Source: Octopus sinensis (lineage: Eukaryota). Taken from it: 64,000 bases of DNA. The notes under the pieces were generated by a model. It worked only from the letters and a program-made list of their open reading frames with translations, was not told where the DNA came from and made no database searches. Positions 62,037 through 64,000 of this stretch are shown here, in pieces. The position numbers and the translations under genes were made by a program. The stretch's first letter is position 1, and every line of letters begins with the position of its first letter. The DNA lies in assembly GCF_006345805.1 (NCBI RefSeq), contig NC_043007.1, forward strand, positions 61,008,001 to 61,072,000, written 5' to 3'.

Positions 62037-64000
62037 CTGCAATATAGTTAAAAAGGTAGTAATAGAGTTTAGTGTATAATGCAGTGGGAACTAGGTACAT
62101 GAACATCTTATAGTAAAATGTAACTTCAGTATTTTGATTAAACAGTTGCACTTTGGATGAACAGAAGTTGCAGATTAGTGTATGTACATGCTTAAAGGGA
62201 AAGACAGATGAACTTTTGGGTATTTTTTAAAAGTTTGTTCAAAAAGGAGAGCAGTAACCACAGCCAAATGTTTCCAAAGATACTCTCAGATACAGGAGGC
62301 ATGTCTATTATTATTAGTATTATTGTTGTTGTAGTCGTGAAGGTATGTGGTCTAATAGAGTATTTGGCTTATGATCATACTATCAGGGGTTCAATTCCTG
62401 AACTGGGTAGCCCATGGTATCCCTTGAGCAAGGTACTTCATTTCACTTTGCTCCAGTTTATTCAGCTGAAAATGAGTACCAGCCAAGTGCAGCTGTAGCT
62501 CTCTCCAGTTGTCACACCCTGGATGTGCCACTGAGTCAAAGTATGGGAGAGATGAAAGAGTGTCTATTTACTCACAATTACATAGGTACCTAAAACTTAG
62601 TGAAAGTATGGTACATGTTACCATACCATTCCTGTTCACAGGTAATGGTTGACTTAAATTATAATTGTTTTTATTTAATTTTTGCAAATTTTATTTAATT
62701 ATCTGTGTTAAAAGGACTGCTTTGGTGCAATAAAAACAAGTCATACACCAGATTACGTACCTTTAGTTTTATATTCTAAGTTTAAACCCAATAAGGCTCA
62801 CTTTTGCTCAATATTGACAGAGGAAGATTAATTTATGCTACTCAATTTTCAATTAAGAATAATCAAATTTGTTGCAGTGGTTTAATAAATGTTCAATAAA
62901 GATGTATTTCTTGTTCACTACGGTATTTGAATTCTAAGTTACAAAACTACTTTTCAAGGTAAAATAGAAATATAAAAGGCTGTTTGCTATAATTTTAAAA
63001 AAAGAATGTAAAATTCTATGGCTTAATATTTCATTAGAAGAAATTAAAAAAAAAAGTAAACAAAAAACTCCTAGAATATTGGATTTAGAAGAATTAATTT
63101 AGTATTTTTAATAGGTTTTAGTAAAAAAAACCTCTTGATAAATAAAATAAAGTATAAAGGGAGGTAATTAAAATTCTTACAAATTAAGATAAAGTAATTA
63201 AGAAATGAAGGGGAAAATCACATGTACGTCCAGAATAATTAATCCTGCTCAGTTTTCAAGCTAAGAAATAAATGATTATATCTAGCTGGGTTACAGAAGG
63301 AATGTGTATGCTGCTGGTACCAGATTTTGAAATGTTTGGTTGTGAGACTAATATATACACAGTGGTTGGAATGGCAGGATGTACAATACATTGATACATA
63401 ATATCCTCAGCTAAGCAATCAGAGTTTATGTGGTGGTACTGGTGGTGGTGTTAGTGATAGAGGGTAGTTAATGGAGATAGTGCAGTTGCAGTTGGTAGAG
63501 GTATGGTTATATCTGATTTAGTTTGGCTTTGCAAATTTGATAAAAAAAACTATATTGTTGAATAAATTTGATGTTGTGGCATGAGATATTATTAGAATTT
63601 AAATTAAAAGTTTTGTAAAAAGCATGTTATTGTAGGAAGTGTTATTAAGTGAAGAAAATTTTACCAGTTGGGGTAGCCATGTTTAAGTTGTAGCCTATAT
63701 CTGACACTAACATACCGACTCCAATTCACTCATCATTTATTTTCAGTAAAATTGCTTTGTATAGTAAGTTACTCCTTTTAAATTTATTCATTTTCCTCTC
63801 TTTCTATTCCCACTAGCTGTGTTTTCTACTTCCTCACAATAAAGTATATATAATTTACATGACAAATGTATTAAGTTCTCTTTTGAATTGTGGATTCCCT
63901 AATCAGATGATCACACACTTCATATATGTGTGTGTGTGTGTGTGGTTCAGTCAATATATACTGTCACCATAGAAATTTCACAGACAAATAAAATCTGTTC

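Overview
This is a eukaryotic, AT-rich, intron-rich window. The SINE, RTE-LINE and MITE families look like those of Octopus (inference from recognised repeats). It holds two convergent nuclear genes for mitochondrial proteins, both reconstructed by hand with consistent exon phases. MTIF2 (+) has 15 coding exons in the window (1983-32409, 645 aa); its N-terminal exon(s) were not found, and it uses a GC-AG intron and a NAGNAG acceptor. L2HGDH (-) is complete, with 9 exons (48670-34444, 455 aa). There may also be a terminal exon of a third gene on the minus strand at 61954-62036. The rest is largely transposon-derived: three Tc1 copies from two families, a mariner fragment, several MITEs and foldbacks, and CR1, RTE, Expander/Rex3-like, HERO-like, Penelope-like and Gypsy fragments. 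It also has a Helentron/HINE-like element, two SINE families and a 1.07 kb (TA)/(CA) microsatellite. The most unusual item is a U6 snRNA retrocopy fused at its oligo-U end to the 3' tail shared with the local tRNA-SINE (33540-33692). Other notable items are nested inverted RTE copies and hairpins that would form dsRNA in MTIF2 pre-mRNA, and palindromic elements upstream of L2HGDH. No database searches were run, so family names rest on recalled motifs.
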